DNA of 33,493 bases, taken from IMG/VR virus record IMGVR_UViG_2579779076_000013, one strand, 5' to 3'. The stretch's first letter is position 1. Each line of letters opens with the position of its first letter. Positions 8,312 through 17,660 of this stretch are shown here, piece after piece. A program made the translations under genes and the position numbers. Source of the stretch: a virus (lineage: Duplodnaviria > Heunggongvirae > Uroviricota > Caudoviricetes). A model generated the notes under the pieces. The model ran no database searches. It was not told the DNA's origin and saw nothing but the letters and a program-made list of their open reading frames with translations.

Positions 8312-10081
8312 ATGGCTGAACTTGCGTCACAACCAACATCTATTCAATCTATTTATAACTGGTATATTGATAACAGACTCTTTGTTAATAGGAGATATCA
8401 ACGTAAATTAGTTTGGACATTAATTGAAAAGCAAAAGCTTGTAGATTCGATTTTGAAAAAATATCCAGTACCAGCAATACTTATTGCTGAAAGAGAAGGT
8501 TCCCCTGGTACGTATGAAATAATTGATGGTTTACAGCGTCTCCACGCCATTATGTCGTTTATAGAAACTTCTTATACGACCATTGATGGTAAAATATTCA
8601 ATCTTCAATTTTTCCCAACAGCTCAAACAAGAGCAGATGAAGGTTTTTTTGAGCCTGACATACAATCCGAAGTAATTTCGCAACGAGATGTGGGAACGTT
8701 TCTTGATTATCCATTAGCTTTGTCTGTGATGCGAAATGCTACTGAAAATGAGATCAATGATGTTTTTGATAGAATTAACTCGTATGGTCACAGACTTAGC
8801 GATCAAGAAAGAAGACAGTCAGGGGTGGAAAACAGTTTTTCAACAATGGTTAGAAATATTTCCTGTTCGATTCGAGGTGATGTTTCAAGTGATATATTAC
8901 CCCTTCGTGATATGCCATCCATTAGTATCGACTTGCCTTTAACCAGGCACGGGTATTCAGTTAAGGCTGATGATGTATTCTGGGTTAAACATGGCGTTTT
9001 GCGTTCAACTGATCTAAGAGACAGTATGGATGAGCAATGTATAGCTGATATTGCTGCTTGTGTAATATTAGGTGAGCCTATTGAAAGATCAAAGGTTGCG
9101 CTTGATAGGATTTATGATCAATCTCGTCCAGAATATATTCAGCTTAACTCTGCGCTTGAGGTTTATGGAGATACTAAGTTTATTGAAGAGTTTAAGTATT
9201 GTCTCGATGAAATTATTAAAGTCTGTGAAAATGGTACTTTCATAAAATTAAGGGAGTTGATTTTCCCCGATGCAAATAATAATGCATATCCATCTGTTTT
9301 TTCGATTTTATTCTTATCTTTCTATGAGTTGATTGTCGGCGAAAATAAAAAAGTGGCTAATTATTCTGAACTAAGGAACCGAATGAATAATATTGTCGAT
9401 AGAATTAATATAGGACGAAGAGCAGGAAGCGTTGATGAACGAAGAGCAAATATCGATGCTGTAAAAGGTTTGATTGGTGTATCTTTTGTGGTTTCTGATG
9501 AACCTCTACCTATTTATGAAAACCATACCGGCATGGACATAGAGAATTATATTAGAAGGTCTGAAGTGGAATTGGCTAACTATGAGTTAAAGCAGGGGAT
9601 GTTGAACTTAAATAATTCGAGAACATTGAATCAAGATGTTGTGCACAGAATTATTAATACTATATGTGCAATAGCTAATAATGGGAAAGGGACGCTCGGA
9701 AAAATTATCATTGGTGTTGCTGATGATGACCATGATGCAGAGAGAGTAAGACAGTTAGATCGTATTGAACCAAAACGAGTTGGTTTAAAAAACGTTGTAG
9801 GTGTTTCAAGAGAAGCTAGAGCGCTCGGTATTACTAATGAAGAGTATTTAACTCGGTGGGTCAATGCTATTCAAAATTCAGAGTTATCAGAGCCACTGAA
9901 AAGTAATGTTTTGTCAAAGATAGACTATAATGATTTTTATGGATTAGGGGTCATCGTTATTACGGTACCTCCCCAACAATCGATTTCCGCGGTAGGTCAA
10001 GATATTTATTGGCGAGAAGCTGATAAAACAACCTTAGCTCATGGCTTACAAATAGCGACAATAGCTACTAGATTTAGTTAA
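8312..10081 (+). CDS. DUF262/ParB-like N-terminal domain protein with C-terminal Schlafen/AlbA_2-like domain; candidate anti-phage defence cargo
   Basis: 589-aa ORF with AGAGGA RBS. N-terminal DGQQR-type motif (YEIIDGLQRLHAI) after a basic RRYQRK segment. C-terminal motif SEVELANYELK...ICAIANNGKGTLGKIIIGVADDD resembles the AlbA_2/Schlafen signature. No HxxP/HNH (DUF1524) motif seen. Visibly AT-rich. Confidence 0.8.
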   Translation: MAELASQPTSIQSIYNWYIDNRLFVNRRYQRKLVWTLIEKQKLVDSILKKYPVPAILIAEREGSPGTYEIIDGLQRLHAIMSFIETSYTTIDGKIFNLQFFPTAQTRADEGFFEPDIQSEVISQRDVGTFLDYPLALSVMRNATENEINDVFDRINSYGHRLSDQERRQSGVENSFSTMVRNISCSIRGDVSSDILPLRDMPSISIDLPLTRHGYSVKADDVFWVKHGVLRSTDLRDSMDEQCIADIAACVILGEPIERSKVALDRIYDQSRPEYIQLNSALEVYGDTKFIEEFKYCLDEIIKVCENGTFIKLRELIFPDANNNAYPSVFSILFLSFYELIVGENKKVANYSELRNRMNNIVDRINIGRRAGSVDERRANIDAVKGLIGVSFVVSDEPLPIYENHTGMDIENYIRRSEVELANYELKQGMLNLNNSRTLNQDVVHRIINTICAIANNGKGTLGKIIIGVADDDHDAERVRQLDRIEPKRVGLKNVVGVSREARALGITNEEYLTRWVNAIQNSELSEPLKSNVLSKIDYNDFYGLGVIVITVPPQQSISAVGQDIYWREADKTTLAHGLQIATIATRFS

Positions 10082-10127
10082 AAAACAGGGTTACCTTTAA
10101 ATTTTATTAGAGGTAACCACTTAAAAA

Positions 10128-11153
10128 CTATAACTTATAGTTAGTGAAATTGATGACTTTATCATTCAACCAATAGTTAATCTCTTCAATTATTCTTTGA
10201 AGGGGTATTAATTCATTTCGAACAAATACTTTACTAGCCTTCTCCACATCCCCAAAACCCCCAACATTATTTGGCATAATCCCCATCATCTGAGGCGGTA
10301 CGCGGTGCGCAGCCATCATGTCATCACGGCTCACGTTTTTGATATTCAGAAACTCATCCTTCGCTGCGACTTCTGACAACGGGATAATCTGAAGCCCGTC
10401 CTTTTTGCCGTTAGGCGAGTACATAAACAGATTGCGGAAGTTGCCTGGACCTTTGGCGCTTTTCATCGCGTTGCGGAGGTTGTTCACATCCTCCTGATTC
10501 TGCGCGGCGTCGGTCATGTACATGATGAAGCCTGCATGGCTGCCGTTGATGTAATACTTACGGCGGAACAGCGTGGCGGATTCGTTGAGCAGGGCGGATG
10601 GAATGGCAGAAAGATAGCCGGGCAGGCCGTAGATCTCCTGGTTGATGTCCGGTTCCATCAGATGAAAAATGCTGCCTTTCGTGAACTGATACGGCTGGGT
10701 TGTCATACCGTATTGCACAAACCAGTAGGTATCCAGGTCTAACCCGCGTCGGGTGTATTTTGCCAGCGCAGGCTCAAGGGCGATAACTTCACCGAATCGG
10801 TTCGTGCGTTTCTCCAGGTAGGCGTTACCAAATACCAGATAGTCCTGCACAAAACGCGAAAAAGCCTGTTGGCTGAGCAGCGGATGAGGGATATAGGTAC
10901 TGGTCAGAATGTTGCACTTTACTGCAATCGGGGAACTGTGATGCACGGCAGCGCGGAAGGTGCGCGCCAGTCCGTCAAAGCTGACGGGAGGCTCATACCA
11001 GCGATCTGTCTGAACACATTCCACATAGTCCAGCAGTTCGCGGCGGTCAAGTACTGGAACGGGATCACCGAAGCTGAATGCTTCGGCTGAAGTCTGGTTT
11101 TTATGCTGGATCTGATTCGTCGCCGCAGCGCGGTTTTTCTTACTCTTTCCCAT
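10128..11153 (-). CDS. Q: portal protein gpQ
   Basis: 342-aa ORF at the P2 Q position; ATG overlaps the P stop (ATGA). Convergent with the cargo gene across a 46-bp hairpin-containing gap. Confidence 0.9.
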   Translation of the reverse strand: MGKSKKNRAAATNQIQHKNQTSAEAFSFGDPVPVLDRRELLDYVECVQTDRWYEPPVSFDGLARTFRAAVHHSSPIAVKCNILTSTYIPHPLLSQQAFSRFVQDYLVFGNAYLEKRTNRFGEVIALEPALAKYTRRGLDLDTYWFVQYGMTTQPYQFTKGSIFHLMEPDINQEIYGLPGYLSAIPSALLNESATLFRRKYYINGSHAGFIMYMTDAAQNQEDVNNLRNAMKSAKGPGNFRNLFMYSPNGKKDGLQIIPLSEVAAKDEFLNIKNVSRDDMMAAHRVPPQMMGIMPNNVGGFGDVEKASKVFVRNELIPLQRIIEEINYWLNDKVINFTNYKL

Positions 11154-12919
11154 CAAAAAATCTCCACAATATTGCTGGTATTGGCGGACTCGCCCTGCAG
11201 CGGTTCATTAAACAGTGCGTGCATTGTTGCCCAGGCCAGATCGGCGTGGCTGGCTTCTTCGCTGCGGCTGGCTTCATAGGTCGGGCGGTTGCCACTGGCG
11301 GTGGTGGCACGACGGATTGCCATGAATGACTGCGCAATGTCGGTGTGCCCGGCGTCAAACTCCAGACGGCGGTGGCTGATAATGTCGTAGGCCTTGAGTA
11401 CCAGGGCATTTTTAACGTTGGGGTTGTAGACAAACTCCCGGACGGCAGGAAAGAACGCTTTCACGTTCTCGTAAACTCCGTGACCGACACCTGTCGAGTC
11501 GATACCGATATAGGTCACGTTGTACTGTTCGGTCAGTTTTTTGATGGCGTCAGCCTGGGCGCGGAAGTCCATCCCGCGCCATTGGTAACGCTCAAGAATG
11601 CGAAACTTACCGCCTGGCACGGCTGGCGGTGCCACCACCACGCATCCGGCGCTGTCGCCGTTCTGCGTACCTTTTGCCGGGTCATAACCGATCCACACTT
11701 CGCGCCAGCCAAACGGGCGCAGGGCCAGAGCATGAAAGTCGGTCCAGACTTCCCAACTGTCCACCATGCACGCCTGCAGCTCGCTGAGCGGGAACACGGA
11801 CGCGAGATCGTCCACGAACTCACACATCAGCAGGTTCTGGTATTCGTCCGGGCTGTATTCCATGCGCAACTGGTCAAGGTCGAACAGGTTACAGCCGCCG
11901 CGCACCGCATCTTCCACGGTGACTATCTGGCGGTATTGCCCGTCTGCGCACAGCAGGCCGGGGGCCAGATTGCTGTGGGACAGGTCGATGTCCACCTTGT
12001 CAGCTTTGTTGCGTCCACGGTTGAACAGCGCACCGGACCAGAACGGATAAGCACTGTGGGTCAGGCTGGATGGCGTGGAAAAATAGGTTTGTCGCCATTT
12101 CTTGTGAATAGCCATCCCGGAAGCCACTTTGCGCAGCTCCTGGAATTTCGGTATCCAGAAATATTCATCCAGATACAGGTTGCCGTGATAACTCTGGGCC
12201 GTGCGGGCATTGGTGCCGAGGAAGTAAAGCGTGGCTCCGTTAGGAAGCACCATCGGATCGCCTTTTAGCTCCACCTCGACTTCTTTGGCGAAGTCGATGA
12301 TGTATTGTTTAAAGACGTGGGCCTGAGCTTTACTGGCAGAAAGGAAAATCTGGTTACGTCCGGTAAGCAGGGCGTCAATCAGGGCTTCACGGGCAAAATA
12401 GAAGGTCGCGCCGATCTGGCGAGACTTCAGCAGGTTGCGGATGCGGTTGGTTTTTCCGGCTTCCCACCAGTGGCGCTGGTAGTTGAACATGGAGGAATGG
12501 AAGATTTCTTCCAGCTTCTCAATCTGTTCATCGGTGAAGACATTCTTTTCCGGCTGACGGCGTGGGCCTTTGTTGCGGTTGGCGACGTTAGGGTTTAAGT
12601 CGGCTTCGTTGCCGCCATTGTTAAACTTGCCGATCCGCGCGTGGCGCTCTGACTGGCGCGCCAGCAGGTCAATCTCTTTGAAATCTTTCCCTTCTTTGTG
12701 CTCCTTCATAATGAGCTGGCAGTAGCGGGCGGCGGTGGTGAGCTGCATCTGATCCAGTGGCCCATAGTCACCCCACTTGTCGCGTTTCTTCCAGCTGTGA
12801 ACGGTTGCAACTTTCTCGCCCAGCATTTCAGCAATGCGGGCTACGCGGTATCCCTGAAAGTACAGCAGCATGGCCTGCCGACGGGGATCGAGATCTGCGG
12901 GTGTCAGTGTGGTGTTCAT
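11153..12919 (-). CDS. P: terminase large subunit (ATPase) gpP
   Basis: 588 aa; size and position match P2 gpP. Confidence 0.9.
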   Translation of the reverse strand: MNTTLTPADLDPRRQAMLLYFQGYRVARIAEMLGEKVATVHSWKKRDKWGDYGPLDQMQLTTAARYCQLIMKEHKEGKDFKEIDLLARQSERHARIGKFNNGGNEADLNPNVANRNKGPRRQPEKNVFTDEQIEKLEEIFHSSMFNYQRHWWEAGKTNRIRNLLKSRQIGATFYFAREALIDALLTGRNQIFLSASKAQAHVFKQYIIDFAKEVEVELKGDPMVLPNGATLYFLGTNARTAQSYHGNLYLDEYFWIPKFQELRKVASGMAIHKKWRQTYFSTPSSLTHSAYPFWSGALFNRGRNKADKVDIDLSHSNLAPGLLCADGQYRQIVTVEDAVRGGCNLFDLDQLRMEYSPDEYQNLLMCEFVDDLASVFPLSELQACMVDSWEVWTDFHALALRPFGWREVWIGYDPAKGTQNGDSAGCVVVAPPAVPGGKFRILERYQWRGMDFRAQADAIKKLTEQYNVTYIGIDSTGVGHGVYENVKAFFPAVREFVYNPNVKNALVLKAYDIISHRRLEFDAGHTDIAQSFMAIRRATTASGNRPTYEASRSEEASHADLAWATMHALFNEPLQGESANTSNIVEIF

Positions 12920-12965
12920 GGCACAAACCTACAGCCTTGAATGAAGGCTTTCCCCGCCTGCGGTT

Positions 12966-12983
12966 TGTGTGGTTGTCGGTACA
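12966..12983. promoter_or_regulatory. late-promoter activator (Ogr-type) site TGT-N12-ACA
   Basis: TGTGTGGTTGTCGGTACA in the divergent P/O intergenic region, centred about 90 bp upstream of the O start codon. Confidence 0.45.
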
Positions 12984-13061
12984 AATACCGCGCATTGTTT
13001 CACTGCCCCCATCACCGCAACCATAAGGCTCCAGTAAGTTTTTTCTAACGGAGCACGGCTC

Positions 13062-13895
13062 ATGACAGTGAAAGCAAAGCGTTTTCGCATCGGGGTGGAA
13101 GGTGCCACCACCGACGGACGCGAAATCCAGCGTGAATGGCTGGAACAGATGGCAGCCAGCTACAACCCGGCGGTGTACACCGCGCTGATTAACCTTGAGC
13201 ACATCAAGTCTTATCTGCCGGACAGCACCTTTAACCGCTACGGCAAGGTGACGGCGCTGTTTGCTGAAGAAATCACGGAAGGTCCGCTGGCAGGCAAGAT
13301 GGCGCTGTATGCCGATGTTGAGCCAACGGAGTCCCTGGTGGAGCTGGTGAAAAAAGGCCAGAAATTATTCACCTCTATGGAAGTCAGCCCGAAGTTCGCT
13401 GATACGGGCAAAGCCTACCTGGTTGGCCTGGCCGCCACTGATGATCCAGCCAGTCTGGGTACGGAAATGCTGACATTCAGCGCCAGCGCAGCCCATAACC
13501 CGCTGGCAAACCGCAAGCAGAATCCCGCCAATCTTTTTACCGCTGCAGAGGAAACGGTGATCGAACTGGAAGAAGTCCAGGACGAAAAACCATCCCTGTT
13601 TGCCCGTGTCACGGCGCTGTTCACCAAAAAAGAGCAGTCCGATGATGCCCGGTTCTCTGATGTGCATAAGGCCGTGGAGCTGGTTGCCACTGAGCAGCAA
13701 AACCTGAGTGCGCGCACCGAAAAATCCCTGTCTGAACAGGAAGAACGCCTGTCTGAGCTGGAGACAGCCCTGCAGGCACAGCTGACAGCTTTTAACGAAC
13801 TGGTGGACAAGCTGAGCCATGAAGACAGCCGCCAGGACTACCGCCAGCGTGCAACAGGCGGTAACGCCCCCGCTGACACTCTGACCAATTGCTGA
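13062..13895 (+). CDS. O: capsid scaffolding protein gpO
   Basis: 277 aa; position and size match P2 gpO; GGAG RBS. Confidence 0.85.
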   Translation: MTVKAKRFRIGVEGATTDGREIQREWLEQMAASYNPAVYTALINLEHIKSYLPDSTFNRYGKVTALFAEEITEGPLAGKMALYADVEPTESLVELVKKGQKLFTSMEVSPKFADTGKAYLVGLAATDDPASLGTEMLTFSASAAHNPLANRKQNPANLFTAAEETVIELEEVQDEKPSLFARVTALFTKKEQSDDARFSDVHKAVELVATEQQNLSARTEKSLSEQEERLSELETALQAQLTAFNELVDKLSHEDSRQDYRQRATGGNAPADTLTNC

Positions 13896-13911
13896 TGGAG
13901 CACAAAACCTG

Positions 13912-14970
13912 ATGAAGAAGAATACCCGCTTTGCTTTTAACGCTTACCTGCAGCAGCTGGCGCGTCTGAACGGTGTGGCAGTTGAAGAACTGTCCAGCAA
14001 GTTCACCGTGGAGCCGTCTGTACAGCAGACGCTGGAAGACCAGATCCAGCAGTCCGCCGCTTTCCTGACGCTGATTAACGTCACGCCAGTGACTGAGCAG
14101 TCCGGTCAGCTGCTGGGGCTGGGTGTTGGCAGCACCATTGCCGGAACCACTGACACCACCGCGAAAGAGCGTGAACCTGTCGATCCGACGCTGATGGTCG
14201 ATGTGGAATACAAATGCGAGCAGACCAACTTTGACACGGTGCTGACCTACGCGAAGCTGGACCTGTGGGCGAAGTTTCAGGATTTCCAGGTGCGTATTCG
14301 TGACGCCATCGTGAAACGTCAGGCACTGGACCGCATCATGATCGGCTTTAACGGCGTGAAGCGTGCGAAAACCTCCAACCGTAGCGAAAACCCGCTACTG
14401 CAGGATGTGAATAAAGGCTGGCTGCAGAAAATCCGTGAGGATGCACCGGATCACGTCATGGGCAGCACCACCACGGGCGGTGAAACCACACCGGGTGCAG
14501 TGAAAGTCGGGAAAGGTGGCGAATATGCCAACCTGGACGCCGTGGTGATGGATGCCGTTAACGAGCTTATCGACGTGGTCTATCAGGACGATGACGATCT
14601 GGTGGTGATTTGCGGTCGTGAACTGCTATCTGACAAGTATTTCCCGCTGGTCAACAAAGAGCAGGAAAACAGTGAAAAACTGGCTGCCGATATGATCATC
14701 AGTCAGAAACGCATGGGTGGCCTGCAGGCCGTGCGTGCGCCGTTCTTCCCGCCGAATGCGCTGCTGATCACCCGTCTGGATAACCTGTCCATCTACTGGC
14801 AGGAAGACACCCGCCGCCGTTCAGTTATCGACAACCCGAAACGTGACCGGATTGAAAACTTTGAATCCGTTAACGAAGCCTATGTGGTTGAGGACTACCG
14901 CTGCGCCGCACTGGTGGAAAACATCCAGATTGGTGATTTCAGCGCCGCCGCAGCCGAAACAGGAGCGTAA
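13912..14970 (+). CDS. N: major capsid protein gpN
   Basis: 352 aa with strong resemblance to P2 gpN (TRFAFNAYL..., KFTVEPSVQQTL..., GKGGEYANLDA...). Confidence 0.9.
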   Translation: MKKNTRFAFNAYLQQLARLNGVAVEELSSKFTVEPSVQQTLEDQIQQSAAFLTLINVTPVTEQSGQLLGLGVGSTIAGTTDTTAKEREPVDPTLMVDVEYKCEQTNFDTVLTYAKLDLWAKFQDFQVRIRDAIVKRQALDRIMIGFNGVKRAKTSNRSENPLLQDVNKGWLQKIREDAPDHVMGSTTTGGETTPGAVKVGKGGEYANLDAVVMDAVNELIDVVYQDDDDLVVICGRELLSDKYFPLVNKEQENSEKLAADMIISQKRMGGLQAVRAPFFPPNALLITRLDNLSIYWQEDTRRRSVIDNPKRDRIENFESVNEAYVVEDYRCAALVENIQIGDFSAAAAETGA

Positions 14971-14973
14971 TCC

Positions 14974-15624
14974 ATGAGCCTGAGTCCCGCACGGCAGCAT
15001 CGCCTGCGCGTTCAGGCTGAACAGGCCGCCCGCGAGGGCGGCAGTGTTCGCCACGCATCGGGCTATGACCTGATGCTGCTGCAACTGGCGGAAGACCGCC
15101 GCCGTCTCAAGGGCGTTCAGTCCACGGTCAAAAAAGCGGAAATCAAGGTGGAGCTGCTGCCGAAGTACGCCGCCTGGGCAGAGGGTGTCCTGGCTGCCGG
15201 AGGCGCTCAACAGGATGACGTGCTGATGTACGTGATGCTGTGGCGCATTGATGCCGGAGATTATGCCGGAGCGCTGGAGATCGGGCGTCATGCCCTGCGT
15301 CATGGCTGGGTGATGCCGCTGGGTAACCGCAACGTGCAGACCGTGCTGGCAGAGGAAATGGCAGACGCCGCGCAGAGCGCAATGCTTGCCGCCACCGGCT
15401 TTGATGCTGATCTGTTGCTGCAGACGCTGGAGCTGACAGACGGTCTGGATATGCCGGACCAGTCACGGGCGCGTCTGCATAAAGCGATTGGCGCTGTCCT
15501 GAGTGAAAGCAATCCGGCGTCCGCCCTTAATCATCTCAACCATGCGTTACAGCTCGATCCCCGCTGTGGCGTGAAAAAAGACAAACAGCAGCTGGAGCGC
15601 AGACTGCGCAATGACAGCCGCTGA
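14974..15624 (+). CDS. M: terminase endonuclease/small subunit gpM
   Basis: 216 aa at the P2 M position, with matching motifs (GAQQDDVLMYVMLWRIDAGDYAGALEIGRHAL). Confidence 0.85.
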   Translation: MSLSPARQHRLRVQAEQAAREGGSVRHASGYDLMLLQLAEDRRRLKGVQSTVKKAEIKVELLPKYAAWAEGVLAAGGAQQDDVLMYVMLWRIDAGDYAGALEIGRHALRHGWVMPLGNRNVQTVLAEEMADAAQSAMLAATGFDADLLLQTLELTDGLDMPDQSRARLHKAIGAVLSESNPASALNHLNHALQLDPRCGVKKDKQQLERRLRNDSR

Positions 15625-15719
15625 CAGAACGTGCCCCCGCGCACGGGCGGCACGGGGTGGCGAAAGGCACAGCCTCATCAAAACCCCGTCCACCGCCCTC
15701 TATTTCAGGAGAAAGCAGC

Positions 15720-16184
15720 ATGAAGTTTGTTGCGCCAGAACAGGCACCGGAACAGGCGGAAATCATCAGAAATACGCCGTTCTGGCCTGATGTGGACCTG
15801 TCGGAGTTTCGCAGTGTCATGCGCACTGACGGCACGGTGACGCAGCCGCGTTTAAAGCAGGTTGCCCTGTCGGCAATTTCGGAGGTCAACGCAGAGCTGT
15901 ATGAGTTTCGCAGACGCCAGCAGATGCTGGGGTATGCCTCGCTGGCAGAGGTTCCGGCGGAACAGCTGGACGGGAAAAGTGAGCGCATTCAGCACTATTT
16001 CAACGCGGTTTACTGCTGGGCACGCGCCATGCTCAACGAACGATACCAGGACTATGACGCCACGGCATCCGGTGTGAAGCGAGGCGAAGAACTGGCGGAA
16101 GCCAGCGGTGATTTGTGGCGTGACGCCCGCTGGGCCATCAGCCGGGTGCAGGATGCGCCGCACTGCACAGTGGAGCTTATCTGA
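15720..16184 (+). CDS. L: head completion/stabilisation protein gpL
   Basis: ATG at 15720 with AGGAG RBS; the ORF track's longer form lacks an RBS. Confidence 0.8.
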   Translation: MKFVAPEQAPEQAEIIRNTPFWPDVDLSEFRSVMRTDGTVTQPRLKQVALSAISEVNAELYEFRRRQQMLGYASLAEVPAEQLDGKSERIQHYFNAVYCWARAMLNERYQDYDATASGVKRGEELAEASGDLWRDARWAISRVQDAPHCTVELI

Positions 16185-16387
16185 TGAAAGTGCGTGCGTA
16201 TCAGTATGACACGGTGGACGCGCTTTGCTGGCGTCATTACGGGCGCACGCAGGGTGTCACGGAGCAGGTACTGAAGGCAAATCCGGGGCTTGCCGAATAC
16301 GGCCCCTTTTTACCTCACGGGCTGCAGGTGGAGCTGCCGGACATACCGACCACCACCACCGTGCAGACCGTCCAGCTATGGGACTGA
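16184..16387 (+). CDS. X: tail protein X
   Basis: 67 aa, coupled to L, at the P2 X position. Confidence 0.75.
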   Translation: MKVRAYQYDTVDALCWRHYGRTQGVTEQVLKANPGLAEYGPFLPHGLQVELPDIPTTTTVQTVQLWD

Positions 16388-16390
16388 ATT

Positions 16391-16606
16391 ATGACGCTTG
16401 AGCGAATCAGCGCCTTTATCACGTATTGCATCGCCGTCGTGCTGGCCTGGCTGGGCGATTTGTCCATCAAGGATGCCTCAACGCTGGGCGGCCTGATGAT
16501 TGGTGTGCTGATGCTGGCTATCAACTGGTACTACAAACACAAAGCCTACCAGCTTCTGCGCGACGGGCAGATCTCGCGGGAGGACTATGAATCCATCAAT
16601 CGTTAA
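16391..16606 (+). CDS. holin (small two-TM, possibly pinholin-type)
   Basis: 71 aa with two hydrophobic segments (AFITYCIAVVLAWLG, GGLMIGVLMLAINWYY) and a charged C-terminus, immediately upstream of the endolysin. Confidence 0.65.
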   Translation: MTLERISAFITYCIAVVLAWLGDLSIKDASTLGGLMIGVLMLAINWYYKHKAYQLLRDGQISREDYESINR

Positions 16607-17102
16607 ACGCTGCCTTGTCGGGGCCGTGCTGGCTATTGCTGCCACGCTGCCGGGTTTTCAGCAGCTTCACACCTCCGTGGAGGGGCTGAAACTGATTGCC
16701 GATTACGAAGGCTGTCGTCTGCAGCCGTATCAGTGCAGCGCGGGTGTCTGGACCGACGGCATTGGTAATACATCGGGCGTCATTCCCGGCAAAACAATCA
16801 CGGAACGACAGGCAGCAGAAGGGCTGATCTCCAACGTGCTGCGTGTGGAGCGGGCACTGGAAAGGTGTGTGAAGCAACAGCCACCACAGAAGGTGTATGA
16901 CGCTACGGTGTCGTTTGCCTTCAACGTGGGGACGGGCAATGCCTGCAGCTCCACGCTGGTGAAATTGCTCAATCAGCGGCTCTGGGCGGATGCGTGCCGA
17001 CAGTTGCCGCGCTGGGTTTATGTAAAAGGTGTGTTTAATCAGGGGCTGGATAACCGCCGTGCGCGGGAGATGGCCTGGTGCCTTAAAGGAGCTGGACTAT
17101 GA
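16587..17102 (+). CDS. SAR-type endolysin (T4-lysozyme-like muramidase)
   Basis: Catalytic region YEGCRLQPYQCSAGVWTDGIGNT. N-terminal hydrophobic, Gly/Ala-rich segment KRCLVGAVLAIAATLPGF typical of signal-anchor-release endolysins. C-terminal region resembles phage 21 R-type lysozyme. Confidence 0.85.
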   Translation: MNPSIVKRCLVGAVLAIAATLPGFQQLHTSVEGLKLIADYEGCRLQPYQCSAGVWTDGIGNTSGVIPGKTITERQAAEGLISNVLRVERALERCVKQQPPQKVYDATVSFAFNVGTGNACSSTLVKLLNQRLWADACRQLPRWVYVKGVFNQGLDNRRAREMAWCLKGAGL

Positions 17103-17527
17103 CGCGTGCGCTGGCAGTAGTGGTGGCGCTGATACTCGTTGCGCTGGGCTGGCAGTCGTGGCGGCTTAACAGCGCCAGCCACACCATCGAAACGCAGCGC
17201 GCGGCGCTAGAAAGTAAAGCGCAGGAACTAACGAAGAAAAATAGCCAGTTGATCAGTCTGTCCATTCTGGCTGAAACCAACAACCGGGAGCAGGCGCGGC
17301 TCTATGCCGAATCAGAACAGACCAGCGCGCTGCTGAGACAACGACAACACCGGATCGAGGAACTGAAACGTGAGAACGAGGATTTACGCCGCTGGGCTGA
17401 TATTCCTTTGCCTGCTGACATTATCCGGCTGCGGGAACGTCCGACACTCACCGGAGGTGCAGCTTACCGTCAGTGGTTGTCCGCGAGTGACGCCGTGTCG
17501 GCTGGATCAGGCAACGCCGCGCACTAA
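17099..17527 (+). CDS. lysB: LysB (Rz-like i-spanin)
   Basis: 142 aa with an N-terminal TM segment (ALAVVVALILVALGW) and a coiled-coil region, at the P2 lysB position. Confidence 0.75.
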   Translation: MTRALAVVVALILVALGWQSWRLNSASHTIETQRAALESKAQELTKKNSQLISLSILAETNNREQARLYAESEQTSALLRQRQHRIEELKRENEDLRRWADIPLPADIIRLRERPTLTGGAAYRQWLSASDAVSAGSGNAAH

Positions 17528-17660
17528 CGGTGATCTGAACGCGTTGCTGGATGAAACGGAGGCCGCCTGGGCGGTCTGTGCAGACAAAGTGGATATGATT
17601 ATTGCTTGTCAGGAGCGAAACAGTGAACAAACCACAATCCCTGCGCCACGCCCTCAATAA
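17370..17660 (+). CDS. lysC: LysC (Rz1-like lipoprotein o-spanin), overlapping lysB in another frame
   Basis: Lipobox LTLSGC; Pro-rich; embedded in and extending past lysB as in P2. Confidence 0.7.
   Translation: MRTRIYAAGLIFLCLLTLSGCGNVRHSPEVQLTVSGCPRVTPCRLDQATPRTNGDLNALLDETEAAWAVCADKVDMIIACQERNSEQTTIPAPRPQ

Noticed and set aside
8312-10081. Classic GmrSD/SspE architecture (DUF262 plus DUF1524 HNH) for the cargo protein
   Set aside because: I looked for an HxxP/HNH-type motif in the C-terminal half and did not find one; the C-terminus looks AlbA_2/Schlafen-like instead. This needs profile confirmation.
11345-12268. 307-aa plus-strand ORF inside the terminase P gene
   Set aside because: Antisense shadow ORF within a GC-rich, well-supported gene; no RBS or independent evidence.
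12984-13030. Second TGT-N12-ACA site serving the leftward P promoter
   Set aside because: The nearest candidate (TGTTTCACTGCCCCCATC) lacks the ACA half, so it is not reported.
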